Shown piece by piece: positions 1 to 8,913 of a DNA stretch of 15,260 bases. The DNA lies in NCBI RefSeq assembly GCF_000143415.4, contig NW_003314529.1:1-15260 (forward strand). Reading direction: 5' to 3'. Position 1 is the first letter of the stretch. The number at the start of each line of letters is the position of its first letter. Source of the DNA: Selaginella moellendorffii. Its lineage: Eukaryota > Plantae > Lycopodiophyta. Under the pieces are notes generated by a model, which did no database searches, was not told the DNA's origin, and was given only the letters and a program-made list of their open reading frames with translations. Position numbers and translations under genes: made by a program.

Positions 1-62
1 GGCCATCAATCGAGCAGCATTTCAGCAAATTGAGTCGATCGGCTCTCAGGGAAGACGCTTAC

Positions 63-258
63 TTGCTGCTGGACATGGCAGGGGAGGAAAGAAATCTCTC
101 CCGCTTTGCCGAGATTGGAGGCGTGCTCGCTGATGAGGAATGTCTCCCACGGCGCAAAGCTCCCGATGCTGCTGCTGCTGCTCCTCCGATTCATCATCGC
201 CGAGCTCGCGCTGCCGATTCCCGGAGAATTTTCTTGAATCCAGCCGCGGCGTAGTCAT
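63..258 (-). other. Possible first exon of a minus-strand gene running off the left edge
   Basis: GC-rich sequence with ATGs at 258 and 197 and a consensus donor GTAAGC at 62-57. No recognisable product; frame and strand are uncertain. Confidence 0.25.
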
Positions 259-364
259 CTGTGACGAAATTTCACCATCCTAGAATCCAGACATTCTCGC
301 GATTCGCAGATAGACGAGATCCCCGAGCAATCCTCTTCTCACATTTTCTCCACACACACCACAC

Positions 365-372
365 AAACCCTA
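365..372 (+). promoter_or_regulatory. Telo-box (AAACCCTA)
   Basis: Exact plant interstitial telomere motif in a likely promoter/5' UTR region. Confidence 0.4.
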
Positions 373-724
373 TGCACAGAACACTAAAATAAAAACTATT
401 TCCAAATACAAGCCATAGCCAAAAGCTCGGGCCAGGCTCGGCACCGAGGCACGAGCCCCGAACCAGCAAACGAGTTTACTGCGGGCGGGTAAAAGGTTTG
501 AAGTTCGGCCGGTCCTCTCATGGTTGACGGGCCAGATGAAACCGTCAACGGTGAAACATTGATAGCCGTTGATCCTGGCCTTGGATTTGAATTTACGCCA
601 CCGCAGTAAAAAATAAAAACCCCCACCGCTGCGACAGGGACCAGCGGGTCGTGACACGTGTCTGGTCCACAGTGGCTCGCACCCAACTAAATTGACCGGA
701 CCAATCCAAAACTTTCACTACCCT

Positions 725-830
725 GCCCGTTAGCGTGGGCAATTAGAGCAAACAACTGCTGCTAATTACTGTCGGAGATTATGGAGATCCCATGATTGCT
801 AGCGCCAAGGTCGCCGGTTCGAATCTTTCC
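725..830 (+). other. Degenerate tRNA-Ile(AAT)-like / Pol III B-box element (pseudo-tRNA or SINE-head remnant)
   Basis: GCCCGTTAGC..TTAGAGC..TGCTAAT..CGCCAAGGTCGCCGGTTCGAATC resembles eukaryotic tRNA-Ile-AAT. However, the T-stem (GCCGG vs CTTTC) and the acceptor stem do not pair. Confidence 0.35.
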
Positions 831-970
831 CAAAGGATCCCTCTCCAAGCAATTCTTTGTCTGTCTGGAATGGAAGAATATCTTTGGACGTAACTATAAT
901 GTACTCTGAAGTAGTATGATATCTTTTTATCCTCTCTCCCAAACTTCCAGATCGATCCCTGGACATTACA

Positions 971-998
971 TTAGATCTTAGATCTTAGAGCTTAGATT
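971..998. repeat. 7-bp tandem repeat (TTAGATC-like) x4
   Basis: TTAGATC TTAGATC TTAGAGC TTAGATT. Confidence 0.8.
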
Positions 999-2048
999 TG
1001 TATATACCATCTTCTTTTTTCCATACCAGTCGACCTCTTTCATCCATGTGCTCGAGCACGAAGGAATAAATCCAATCCTTTCAGCGTCATTTCCAACACA
1101 GACGCTTTCCTTGTTGGCTTGGCCCGCCCTGTGAGCTACTGCCACAGCGCCACTGCTCCAAAAATTATACCTCCTGGCAGTCCCTCTGCAGCTTCTGGCA
1201 TCTCTACCATTATAGAGAGAACCTCTTGTGCTGTGCTCGCTACGATTTCTTTCCTACAAAAACAAGCACCGCAAAACGAGATAAGTTCCACTTGGAATGA
1301 AACAAAGCGACACAGCACAGCTCACCTGTGGAAAAGAAATGCAGTCCGTCCAGTCTTCCGGATATCGCTCTGACCGCGTCCCGGAACGCACTCCTCCATT
1401 CCGGGGCCCCAAATCGGAGGATCCAAAAGCGAAACATCTGCTGGAACATTGCTAGGTGGGAAGAAAGTTACCTGTAACTCCACTAGACGACGCCTGAATG
1501 CCGTCGGATTCCACTTCATGGGCTTCACGAGAGTTTCCAGTCCGCAGTCCATGCGATGGTGGTGGAAACCAACGCGCCAACACTGCGCTGCATTGACAGG
1601 AATGAACAATAATATCAAAATGCGTTTCTCCTGACGGAAGTTTAAAAGACATACCTTTTCCTTCGTTTTTTTTTATCTTTTAATCTGGAGTAGTGTGAAA
1701 CACCAGTGCAGCGGCAGTCGTTTGTGGTTGTAAGCATAATTCCCCACCTCTTCGAATATAAAAAACACTTGTCGAGAACATCAACACAGGTCAGCAACGA
1801 CGAGCTTATGATCTTGCACAGATGGTGAAAGGTGCCGGTTGAGTAAGAAACGATACCATGCCAGATCTTAAAAAGTCGGCAAGTCGGGTCGGGCGCAAAA
1901 CTCCAGGCTGCAAGATCAAACAACACCGCGTCGCTATCCCGTCTTAGTCTAGAAAACAGAAAAAAGCGTACCTTAAAAGTCATGGATTTTGTTACTGCGA
2001 TGATGATCACAAAACGTACCGAGCACATGAAGGACCAGGTGTGTTGGA

Positions 2049-4305
2049 TCAGCTTTCAATCGCCAGAGGGTGTAGAACATTATGCATTCTGTGAAGAGCA
2101 GATTTGATGCGTTCTTTGAGATTGTCATCGTCACACTCGACGCTGCGGCTGGTGTAGTCCACAGTGGCAGCAACTCCGTCCACAGAAATCACGAGCTTCT
2201 TCCCTTCCTCGTCTACTTTGACGTCTCCAAACAAAGACGTGAGCAGCGACTGGACAACCGTAAGATCCTCCTCAATCTTCGGCAGACCATTGGCGTCCGT
2301 CAGCAAGCGAGGATCCATCTTCGTGATGATCGCAATTATTGAATCCGCTATCATGTCGCTCACTGGATCAGACACCCACTGGAGGACCACATGCTCGTTT
2401 GACTCCTGAGAAATCGTCACCTTGTCATGGATCCTCAGTGTCTGGCTCTCGGCTTTTGTAACGTGTTCCACGCCGTCGTACATCTGCTCAATCCTGTGTC
2501 GCAGCACAACAAATGCGCCGTCGTATGGGACTGAGAGCCTCTGCTGGATGCTGCCCCTGGAAAGCTGTGTGTAAACATGAAGGTCGTCCGGAGCCATCAG
2601 CTGGTACGTGAAGCTCTTCTTGATCAGCAGGCCGCTCACTGCGCCCCCCTCGTCTGGTGTTTTCTCCGCCAGCCTACCAACAGCCTTTGCAACTTTCTCT
2701 CCTTTGAAAAAAAACTCCACGGGTTGGCAGTTCTTTGGCGAGTTTATCTTGACGTTTTGTTCTGCAAACTGCGCCTGTAACTTGACCTTTAGACGGCCCA
2801 TCTCGTTCTGCTCTCCATGAACGAGAACAATGTGCGGAGGCCTTAGTTCCCCTAAGAAGGCGCTGGTCTGAGCAAAGTCCGCGTGTGCCGAGAAAGAGAT
2901 GTACACCACCCTCATGTTGAGCGGAACTACGAGGCCACTGACGAGGGCAACTTCCTTCGGCTCGTTCAGTATAGTCTTTGCAAGTGTCCCTTCCACAACG
3001 TAACCAGGTATCACGCAAGCGTTCTTCCTGTCCTGACACCAGCGGTCGAATAGCTGACGAGAGAGGCCGCTCTGCAAACCGCTTGGACTAGCCATAACAA
3101 TCGAAGGCCCGACATCTTCGAACTGCTCGATGCTCTTGAGAGGAGAGATATGCTTGAAGTTGAAGGGATTCGAGTTCTCGTACTGAGACTTGATCTTGTC
3201 GTTCATGGAATTGATGTAAGTCTGATAGACTGCCATGCACTTCTTGGCTAGCGGCGAAGCATAGTATATCGGGATGTGTTGCAGCTCCGGGTGAGCCTCC
3301 CAGTACTCGTCCAGAATCAACAGAAGCTCCTGTGCTCGTCCTAGAGCGAAAGCCGGAATGAGAACTCTGCCTCCGTGAGACACGGTTTGCGCTATAGTCT
3401 CCGTAAACCTCTTCTCCCGGACGTGTCGCGGCTGATGAATCTGAACGCCATAAGTCGACTCTATGATGCAGACGTCTGGAGAAAACTCTGGCATTTCCGC
3501 GGCTTTGAGGTGGCGATCCTCTTCTCTGGAGTAGTCTCCTGTGTATAAGACCCGGATACCGGCTATATCCACCATGAACATCGCTGCCCCGAGGACATGT
3601 CCCGCGGTGTAGCACCAGAAGCGTATCCCATTCACCTCCATAGTTTGGTGAAAGTCTATAACCTGTAGGCACCGTAAGTGATGTGACCCCAGGTAGCACC
3701 ACACATACCTCGATCTTGTCCATGGTTTTCAGCACGTCTTGCTCGTCATACAGCATGTCTTCGACAGACCCTTTGCTGATCTTGACATAGTCCGTGAGCA
3801 AAAGCTTGTAAATGGCTTTGGTTGCGTGTGTCATGAACACTCGGCCTTTGAATGTGGTCTGAGAGACAAAACTTTACAAACCAGCCTCGCAAAAAAGAAA
3901 TCAAGTACCTTCTCCAGAAAATATGGAAGCGAGGCCGCGTGATCGAGATGAAAGCTGGAACAGAGATCACGAAGAGTAGAACAATAAAAGGAAACGAAAA
4001 GGAAAATCCTTACTGAGTTACTAACAGCACGTCGATTGTCGACGGATCAATCTCATCGAAATACGGCAACGCGGCCATTCCAGTGTAGCCGGGATGGATT
4101 CCACAGTCGAACTGGGCAGGAAAGCACTCACATTTCACATTTCCTTGCTCGAAAGAAAGAAATCTCGAAATCCACTCACCAGAATCGTCTTTCCCTTGTA
4201 AGTCATGTGGCAGCACGATCGGCCGACCTCGCTTCCAGCTCCCAGAGGCATAATCTCCATCTTCTCGCCCTCGTTCCTCGCCATCGAATCCTTTCTCTTC
4301 AGCAT
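2049..4305 (-). CDS. CPSF73-I: Cleavage and polyadenylation specificity factor 73 kDa subunit (CPSF73-I/CPSF3; metallo-beta-lactamase/beta-CASP endonuclease), 5 exons, 677 aa
   Basis: Exons (minus) 4305-4180, 4111-4014, 3954-3909, 3858-3709 and 3662-2049 are joined by GT-AG introns of 68, 59, 50 and 46 nt, giving 2034 nt in frame. The protein reads [31 protein letters not shown]...[22 protein letters not shown]...[17 protein letters not shown]...[10 protein letters not shown]...[13 protein letters not shown]...FSAHAD...LVHGE. It has the HxHxDH metal site and beta-CASP motifs, and is colinear with plant CPSF73-I as recalled. Confidence 0.96.
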
Positions 4306-4567
4306 CGTCGCGAAACCAAAAGCCCTAGAAAGAACGAAGATTTTAGGGTTCTAAGCTTTTGCCACGTCGGCATTTACGCAGCGCTTGCACTCCCGCCCAA
4401 AAAGCCCTAGGAGGAGCGCTGCTCGAGCAAAGGCATTGCGGCAGTCGCGGATGATCCCAGGTGAGATTCTTGTCGGCTTCGATTCAATCCATTTCATCAA
4501 GAACCTCTGATAGGAAGAACAATCTGTGGAAAAAAATTCCCATTGATGGGCGCCTTGGGTAGCAAAG
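4306..4567. promoter_or_regulatory. Short divergent (bidirectional) promoter/5' UTR region between CPSF73 and the SHIPPO-repeat ORF
   Basis: The ATGs at 4305 (-) and 4568 (+) face away from each other with 262 bp between them. The region has a telo-box-like TAGGGTT (4344-4350), a near-direct repeat CAAAA(A)GCCCTAG (~4317-4327 and ~4398-4409) and an ACGT-core GCCACGTC (4361-4368). Confidence 0.55.
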
Positions 4568-6874
4568 ATGATCAAACTGCCAGCTCTTTGGCGCAGTGGT
4601 CACGACACGAACTGGGACGGCAGCGGCGGCGGCGGCGGCACCACTCCCGGATCCGCTTGGAGCGGTGCTGGAATTGGAATCACAAGAGTAGCAGGCAATC
4701 TCTCACAGGCTTGCGATCCTTCTTGTCGAGGCAGCAGTGTAGTTCATCCCAGGCTCCTCCACAACAGTGTCCCCAGGCCAGAGATCTTAGGAGGGAGTGG
4801 ATTCTTTCGAGCTAAGCTTTGTGAGCTTGACGAGATAGAGGTTCTTCCTCCTCCACTACCACCACCACCATTTTTCTTCCATGGTAGCAGCACCAACTCT
4901 CTGGTGAGCTCCAGGAACTCTCACACTAGCATGGGGAACAAGAGCTCGTCAACTAGAGTACCGGTGATTAGCTATAGAAGCAGTGGGATCTCCGAGAAGC
5001 AGGATGGTGCCAGCGTCCAGTCCAAGAAGCTCGAGCCTCTAAAGCTCCCGATCACAACCATGGCAGAGAAATCGACACAAACTTTCAGCACCAAGAATGT
5101 CGCGCTAGACACATCCAGTTTGGTTTCCACGAACTTTGGAAAGCCGGCTACTTTGCGTGGAGGATCGTCATCGCCGGGACCGGGGCCGGGATGGTACTCG
5201 CCGAAGTCCCAGCCATCTTCGCCAGCTTTCTCGATGGGAAGCCGGCTTGGCGATGGCAAGAGGTCTCACAGTCCCGGACCAGGAGCACACTACGTAAAGA
5301 GGAGGCCGGACGGTCCAGGCTACACGATGTCTCCTCGGTTTAGAGACGCTGCAAAGGACCGGAGTCCCGGGCCGGGGCAGCACAATCTTCCAGGAACTTT
5401 TGGTGGTCCGGCTTACACCATGGCGCCGCGGTTTAACTCGCCTCCCAGAGCTCACAGCCCGAAGCCATTTGCTTCTTCGTTGTCCGTCCTAGGCAAAGGT
5501 GCCGGCCCGATGCGAGAGACAAACACTAGCTGGACCAAGACAGCGGTTGAAGGTTCGTTGAATGCTCATGCAAACGTTCCTGGTCACGGGGTTTATTCCA
5601 GCTACAGGCCCGAGCATCTGCCGAAGAAGAAGAAGGAGAAGAAAAAGGAAGTTGGCTACTTCATCGTCAAGGTGAATCCGAAAGGACCGGCTTACAAGAT
5701 CACAAAGACGGGGACCTTCTTGATGCCGGAACCGGATGATCCGGCTTTCAATCCAGAGAGAGGGGAGTCAGGAAGAAGGGACTCTGGCAATCTAGACAGG
5801 AGAGGTTCCCGCTCCAGGAGAAGATCCAGTTTATCTCCGAGGCGGCCGTCGGGTCCTCCACAACCAGATCCAACTCCGGGACCGGGAGAACACCAGGACG
5901 CCGAGTTTCAAACAAACGGTCCCTGGATAACTATCAAGTCCAGGATTCCATTACGTCCAAAGGAGAACTTTCCAGGACCAGGAACTTACGACGTTGTGTC
6001 GAGGCCGAGCTCGCCATCCTTCTCTCTCGGCACTCGCCGTTTTGTTCCGGAGGACAAAACAGAAAATCCAGGGCCAGGAGCGTACAGGATCATAGGGAAG
6101 CCACACGGCCCGCATTTTTCAATCACTGGCAAGCCCCGAGACTCGTCACCCCGCTCGAGAAGTCCCGGTCCCGGAGCCTACAAGTACGAGAATGGAACCA
6201 TCGGCTATGGTCTACCAGCTTTCACCATCACTGGCAAGGCGACGTCTCCACGAGAAAGCGATGTTCCAGGCCCCGGTACTTACTCTGTGCGGCTTCCCAG
6301 AGGCCCGGCTTTCACCATGCAGTCGAGACAAAGCTCACCAAGAACTCCAAACTTTCCCAGCCCGGGATCATACAGTCCGCAGCACAGGATGCGAGAAGAG
6401 TTATCAGACACCCCCGGCCCCGGCTCCTACACCTCGAGATCTTCCATGGACGGTCCTTCCTTCAGCATGCACGGCCGACTTAGTAGCCCGGCTTCTTCCA
6501 CTTCCAGGAGCAGCTCTCCGGGACCTGGAGCGTATACGATCTCTTCCAGGCCAACGAGTCCATCATTTACGATGTATGGCCCGGTGAAGAAGAGCAACGA
6601 ATGGAATGATTTTCCAGGGTCCGGAGCGTACTGCCCGAAACTAGGCCGGGTGAGTCCGGAGTTTAGCATCCGGGGAAAGCTTCCAGTCCAGCAGAGAAGC
6701 CGAAGAAGCTCTTTCAGCATCCGGGGGAAGATTTCTCGTGAGGAGCGTCCTCGTTTTCCAGGACAGGGGGCTTACAACGTCAAGAGTGGAAGAAGCTCTC
6801 CATCTTTCAGCAATCCAGGGAAGATTTATTGTGAGGAGCGTCCTCGTTCTCCAAGATTGCTAAGAAAAATATGA
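4568..6874 (+). CDS. SHIPPO-repeat (PGPGxY) ODF3/STPG/CIMAP-like sperm-tail/axonemal protein, 768-aa single ORF (copy A; probably C-terminally truncated)
   Basis: About 14 repeats (SPGPGPGWY, SPGPGAHY, SPGPGQH, VPGHGVY, TPGPGEH, FPGPGTY, NPGPGAY, SPGPGAY, VPGPGTY, FPSPGSY, TPGPGSY, SPGPGAY, FPGSGAY, FPGQGAY). Most are followed by a P(S/A)F(S/T)(I/M)xx(K/R)-type spacer, the signature of SHIPPO repeats (Pfam SHIPPO-rpt). The N-terminal ~200 aa are non-repetitive and the true start is uncertain. Confidence 0.78.
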   Translation: MIKLPALWRSGHDTNWDGSGGGGGTTPGSAWSGAGIGITRVAGNLSQACDPSCRGSSVVHPRLLHNSVPRPEILGGSGFFRAKLCELDEIEVLPPPLPPPPFFFHGSSTNSLVSSRNSHTSMGNKSSSTRVPVISYRSSGISEKQDGASVQSKKLEPLKLPITTMAEKSTQTFSTKNVALDTSSLVSTNFGKPATLRGGSSSPGPGPGWYSPKSQPSSPAFSMGSRLGDGKRSHSPGPGAHYVKRRPDGPGYTMSPRFRDAAKDRSPGPGQHNLPGTFGGPAYTMAPRFNSPPRAHSPKPFASSLSVLGKGAGPMRETNTSWTKTAVEGSLNAHANVPGHGVYSSYRPEHLPKKKKEKKKEVGYFIVKVNPKGPAYKITKTGTFLMPEPDDPAFNPERGESGRRDSGNLDRRGSRSRRRSSLSPRRPSGPPQPDPTPGPGEHQDAEFQTNGPWITIKSRIPLRPKENFPGPGTYDVVSRPSSPSFSLGTRRFVPEDKTENPGPGAYRIIGKPHGPHFSITGKPRDSSPRSRSPGPGAYKYENGTIGYGLPAFTITGKATSPRESDVPGPGTYSVRLPRGPAFTMQSRQSSPRTPNFPSPGSYSPQHRMREELSDTPGPGSYTSRSSMDGPSFSMHGRLSSPASSTSRSSSPGPGAYTISSRPTSPSFTMYGPVKKSNEWNDFPGSGAYCPKLGRVSPEFSIRGKLPVQQRSRRSSFSIRGKISREERPRFPGQGAYNVKSGRSSPSFSNPGKIYCEERPRSPRLLRKI

Positions 6875-6899
6875 AATGAGAAGTTATATTTGTGTCTGT

Positions 6900-7290
6900 T
6901 TACAATTGTTTTCTAGTGCTAGTATGAAGAAGCTCTATATTTTTCTTTCCAAGCCGGCCACTTCTTCTTGGGGATTGAGGACGTCGTTTCCTCTCGTTCA
7001 CCACCTGTTCATATTCTTCAGCAGCAGGTTTCATACGAGAGAATGCACCTACTCGATTAAGTCCCTCTGTGTTATCTAATATTATTTGCTCCACGTCGTT
7101 TGTCCACGTTCTGGCCTTCCGCCCAATCAAAGTCTCCAAAGAGTACTCCATAACAAACATCGTCTCAGGTATCCAAGCTGGAGACCCTGAGAATCTATCC
7201 AAAAGCATAGGACGGTCCTCAACTTAAACATCTTCTATAATATATTAACTATTTAGAAATTTAGAGTGTTGGTTGTCGCTTTTTTACTTC
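6900..7290 (-). pseudogene. Relic of an unidentified protein-coding gene convergent with SHIPPO copy A
   Basis: ORF 7208-6900 (..PETMFVMEYSLETLIGRKARTWTNDVEQIILDNTE..) is homologous to 11264-11025. Upstream it continues as KFLNS*YIIEDV*VEDRPM, against KFLNGWYIVGHVYIEDRPM in the other copy. Confidence 0.6.
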
Positions 7291-7344
7291 ATCATGTGCA
7301 ATCTTTAATGAGATCATTATATCTTTTGCACACTGGCTCTATAA

Positions 7345-7348
<4 letters not shown>

Positions 7349-7420
<72 letters not shown>
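7349..7420. repeat. (AT)36 microsatellite
   Basis: Perfect AT dinucleotide run from 7349 to 7420. Confidence 0.98.
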
Positions 7421-7424
<4 letters not shown>

Positions 7425-8222
7425 ACTTCTTTTTTATATCTTGTAAAGTGATTTCCTCTTGCATTTGATAATACTCAAAAAGGCCTTCTCAAATATCTTT
7501 CCATTTTTTACTTTGATTATCCCAAAATGTAAAATTATACAAATGTTAAAATGTTGCATCACAGTTAGGTGTAAAATGTTATATTTTCTTTCTTTGGCAT
7601 TTTCTAAACTATAGAATGTGGCATAAGTGAGTAATTACCATATAACCACATCTTTCCAATGATTAATTTTACCAATGTTCACATTTTTAACATTTAGTAA
7701 AAGCTTTCACACCCATTTTAGATTGGTCATTAATTTAATTTTAAACAAAAAATCCAATATTTATGTATTTTGCAACAATGATTAATCTTCATGTTGTGCA
7801 AATAAATTTTATATCGAATTTTGTTGAGTAGATATTAAGTTTTCAGCTTCTTCCATTTTACACTCAAGAGCATCGATATAAAAATTAACATCATCCACTT
7901 TATCTTCATTACTTTTTTTTTTATTATATTGTGATATCATACCCCAAAAGATGGGAAATAAATGACTAATCATAAGTCTTGCATTTAGTTCTTCATGATC
8001 TATAAAGCCATATGTCCTTCTTGCTTTTATCATCATTAGGTAAAATATTTGCAATATATATGAAATAGCACTTTCAGAAACACTTTACCCCGAATTTGTT
8101 AATTGTAATTTAATTCTATCATAGTTTTCTCCCTTACAAATGAAATTATTAATTTTGCATCCTTGCAAGGATAAAAATGGAATTTAATTTTTATTTAAAT
8201 TTAATATAGCATTTCTCATGGT

Positions 8223-8910
8223 TTCCATTGATAGGGCTAAATAACCATAAAGCACTGTCTAAAGCTAAACATAAATAAGAATTTAATTTAGTAAAAAAGA
8301 AAAAAAAAATGATAATAGTGGTAGTCGGGGAAAAAGAATCTCTATCTAATTCAAAAGAATTCACTCCCTTTTAAAAGCTTTTAAAACTAAATTTAAATTA
8401 AAAAACTTTAAAGAGAGAAATCTGTTGTGGATGCAACCACTTTCTATGGTGTACATAAAATATCAGTAGAGATTCCACCAAATTTTTGTTTTTGTGTATT
8501 AAAACCACTAATAGATGTAACATCCCTATCAGCTTTTATTGTTATAAAGCACTTTTTAAAGTTAAACATAAATGAAAATTTTTATTAATAAAAAAAAATA
8601 TGGTAATGGTGGTAGTTAAGGAAAAAGAACTTTCACCTAACTCAAAAGAATCCACTCCCTCTTTTAAGAGCTTTTAAATTAAAAATTAAATTAAACTAAA
8701 ATTATAAATAAAAAAAGTAAAGGGAAGAATATATTATGGGTATTTTGGCCCTAGATGAAGTAATTACCTTTTGTAATGTATATGACTTACCAAAATTTTT
8801 TTTCTATTCATTAAAACCATTAGTAAATGCAACATCCTTCCCAATTTCCATTACTATGGGTAAAAAACCACAAAGCACTTTCTAAGGCTAAATATATATA
8901 AAAATTTACT
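8223..8910. repeat. AT-rich diverged tandem repeat, ~300-325 bp unit, two full units plus the start of a third
   Basis: The anchor AAAGCACT..TAAAG.TAAA.ATA.AT recurs at ~8249, ~8546 and ~8872. The core AAAAGAAT(T/C)CACTCCCT occurs at ~8353 and ~8644, and ATTAAAACCA.TA.TA.ATG.AACATCC at ~8498 and ~8810. Confidence 0.75.
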
Positions 8911-8913
8911 ACT

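Noticed and set aside
725-830. Functional tRNA gene
   Set aside because: The T-stem and acceptor stem cannot pair; kept only as a degenerate relic.
890-917. loxP-like site (TAACT..TATAATGTA..GAAGT)
   Set aside because: No 13-bp inverted arms; superficial similarity only.
2082-3660. Overlapping ORFs (2082-2342, 2164-2409, 2577-2820, 2674-3039 and the distal part of 3088-3840)
   Set aside because: Antisense or off-frame shadows of CPSF73 exon 5; only the first ~44 aa of 3088-3840 is real (exon 4).
3663-3704. Start of the 551-aa ORF ([14 protein letters not shown]) as the CPSF73 N-terminus
   Set aside because: It lies inside the 46-nt intron 4 (3708-3663); the real protein starts four exons upstream at 4305.
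4972-6720. Minus-strand and off-frame ORFs over the SHIPPO gene (and their equivalents in copies B and C)
   Set aside because: Expected open frames opposite GC-rich Pro/Gly/Ser/Arg-biased coding sequence.
5160-6860. Regularly spaced CCGGG(A/C)CC(G/A/T)GGA motifs as a CRISPR-like or DNA-level array
   Set aside because: They are codons of the PGPG protein repeat with synonymous variation; the context is eukaryotic and no cas genes are present.
7266-7451. 61-aa ORF with a YIYIYI run
   Set aside because: Translation of the (AT)36 microsatellite.
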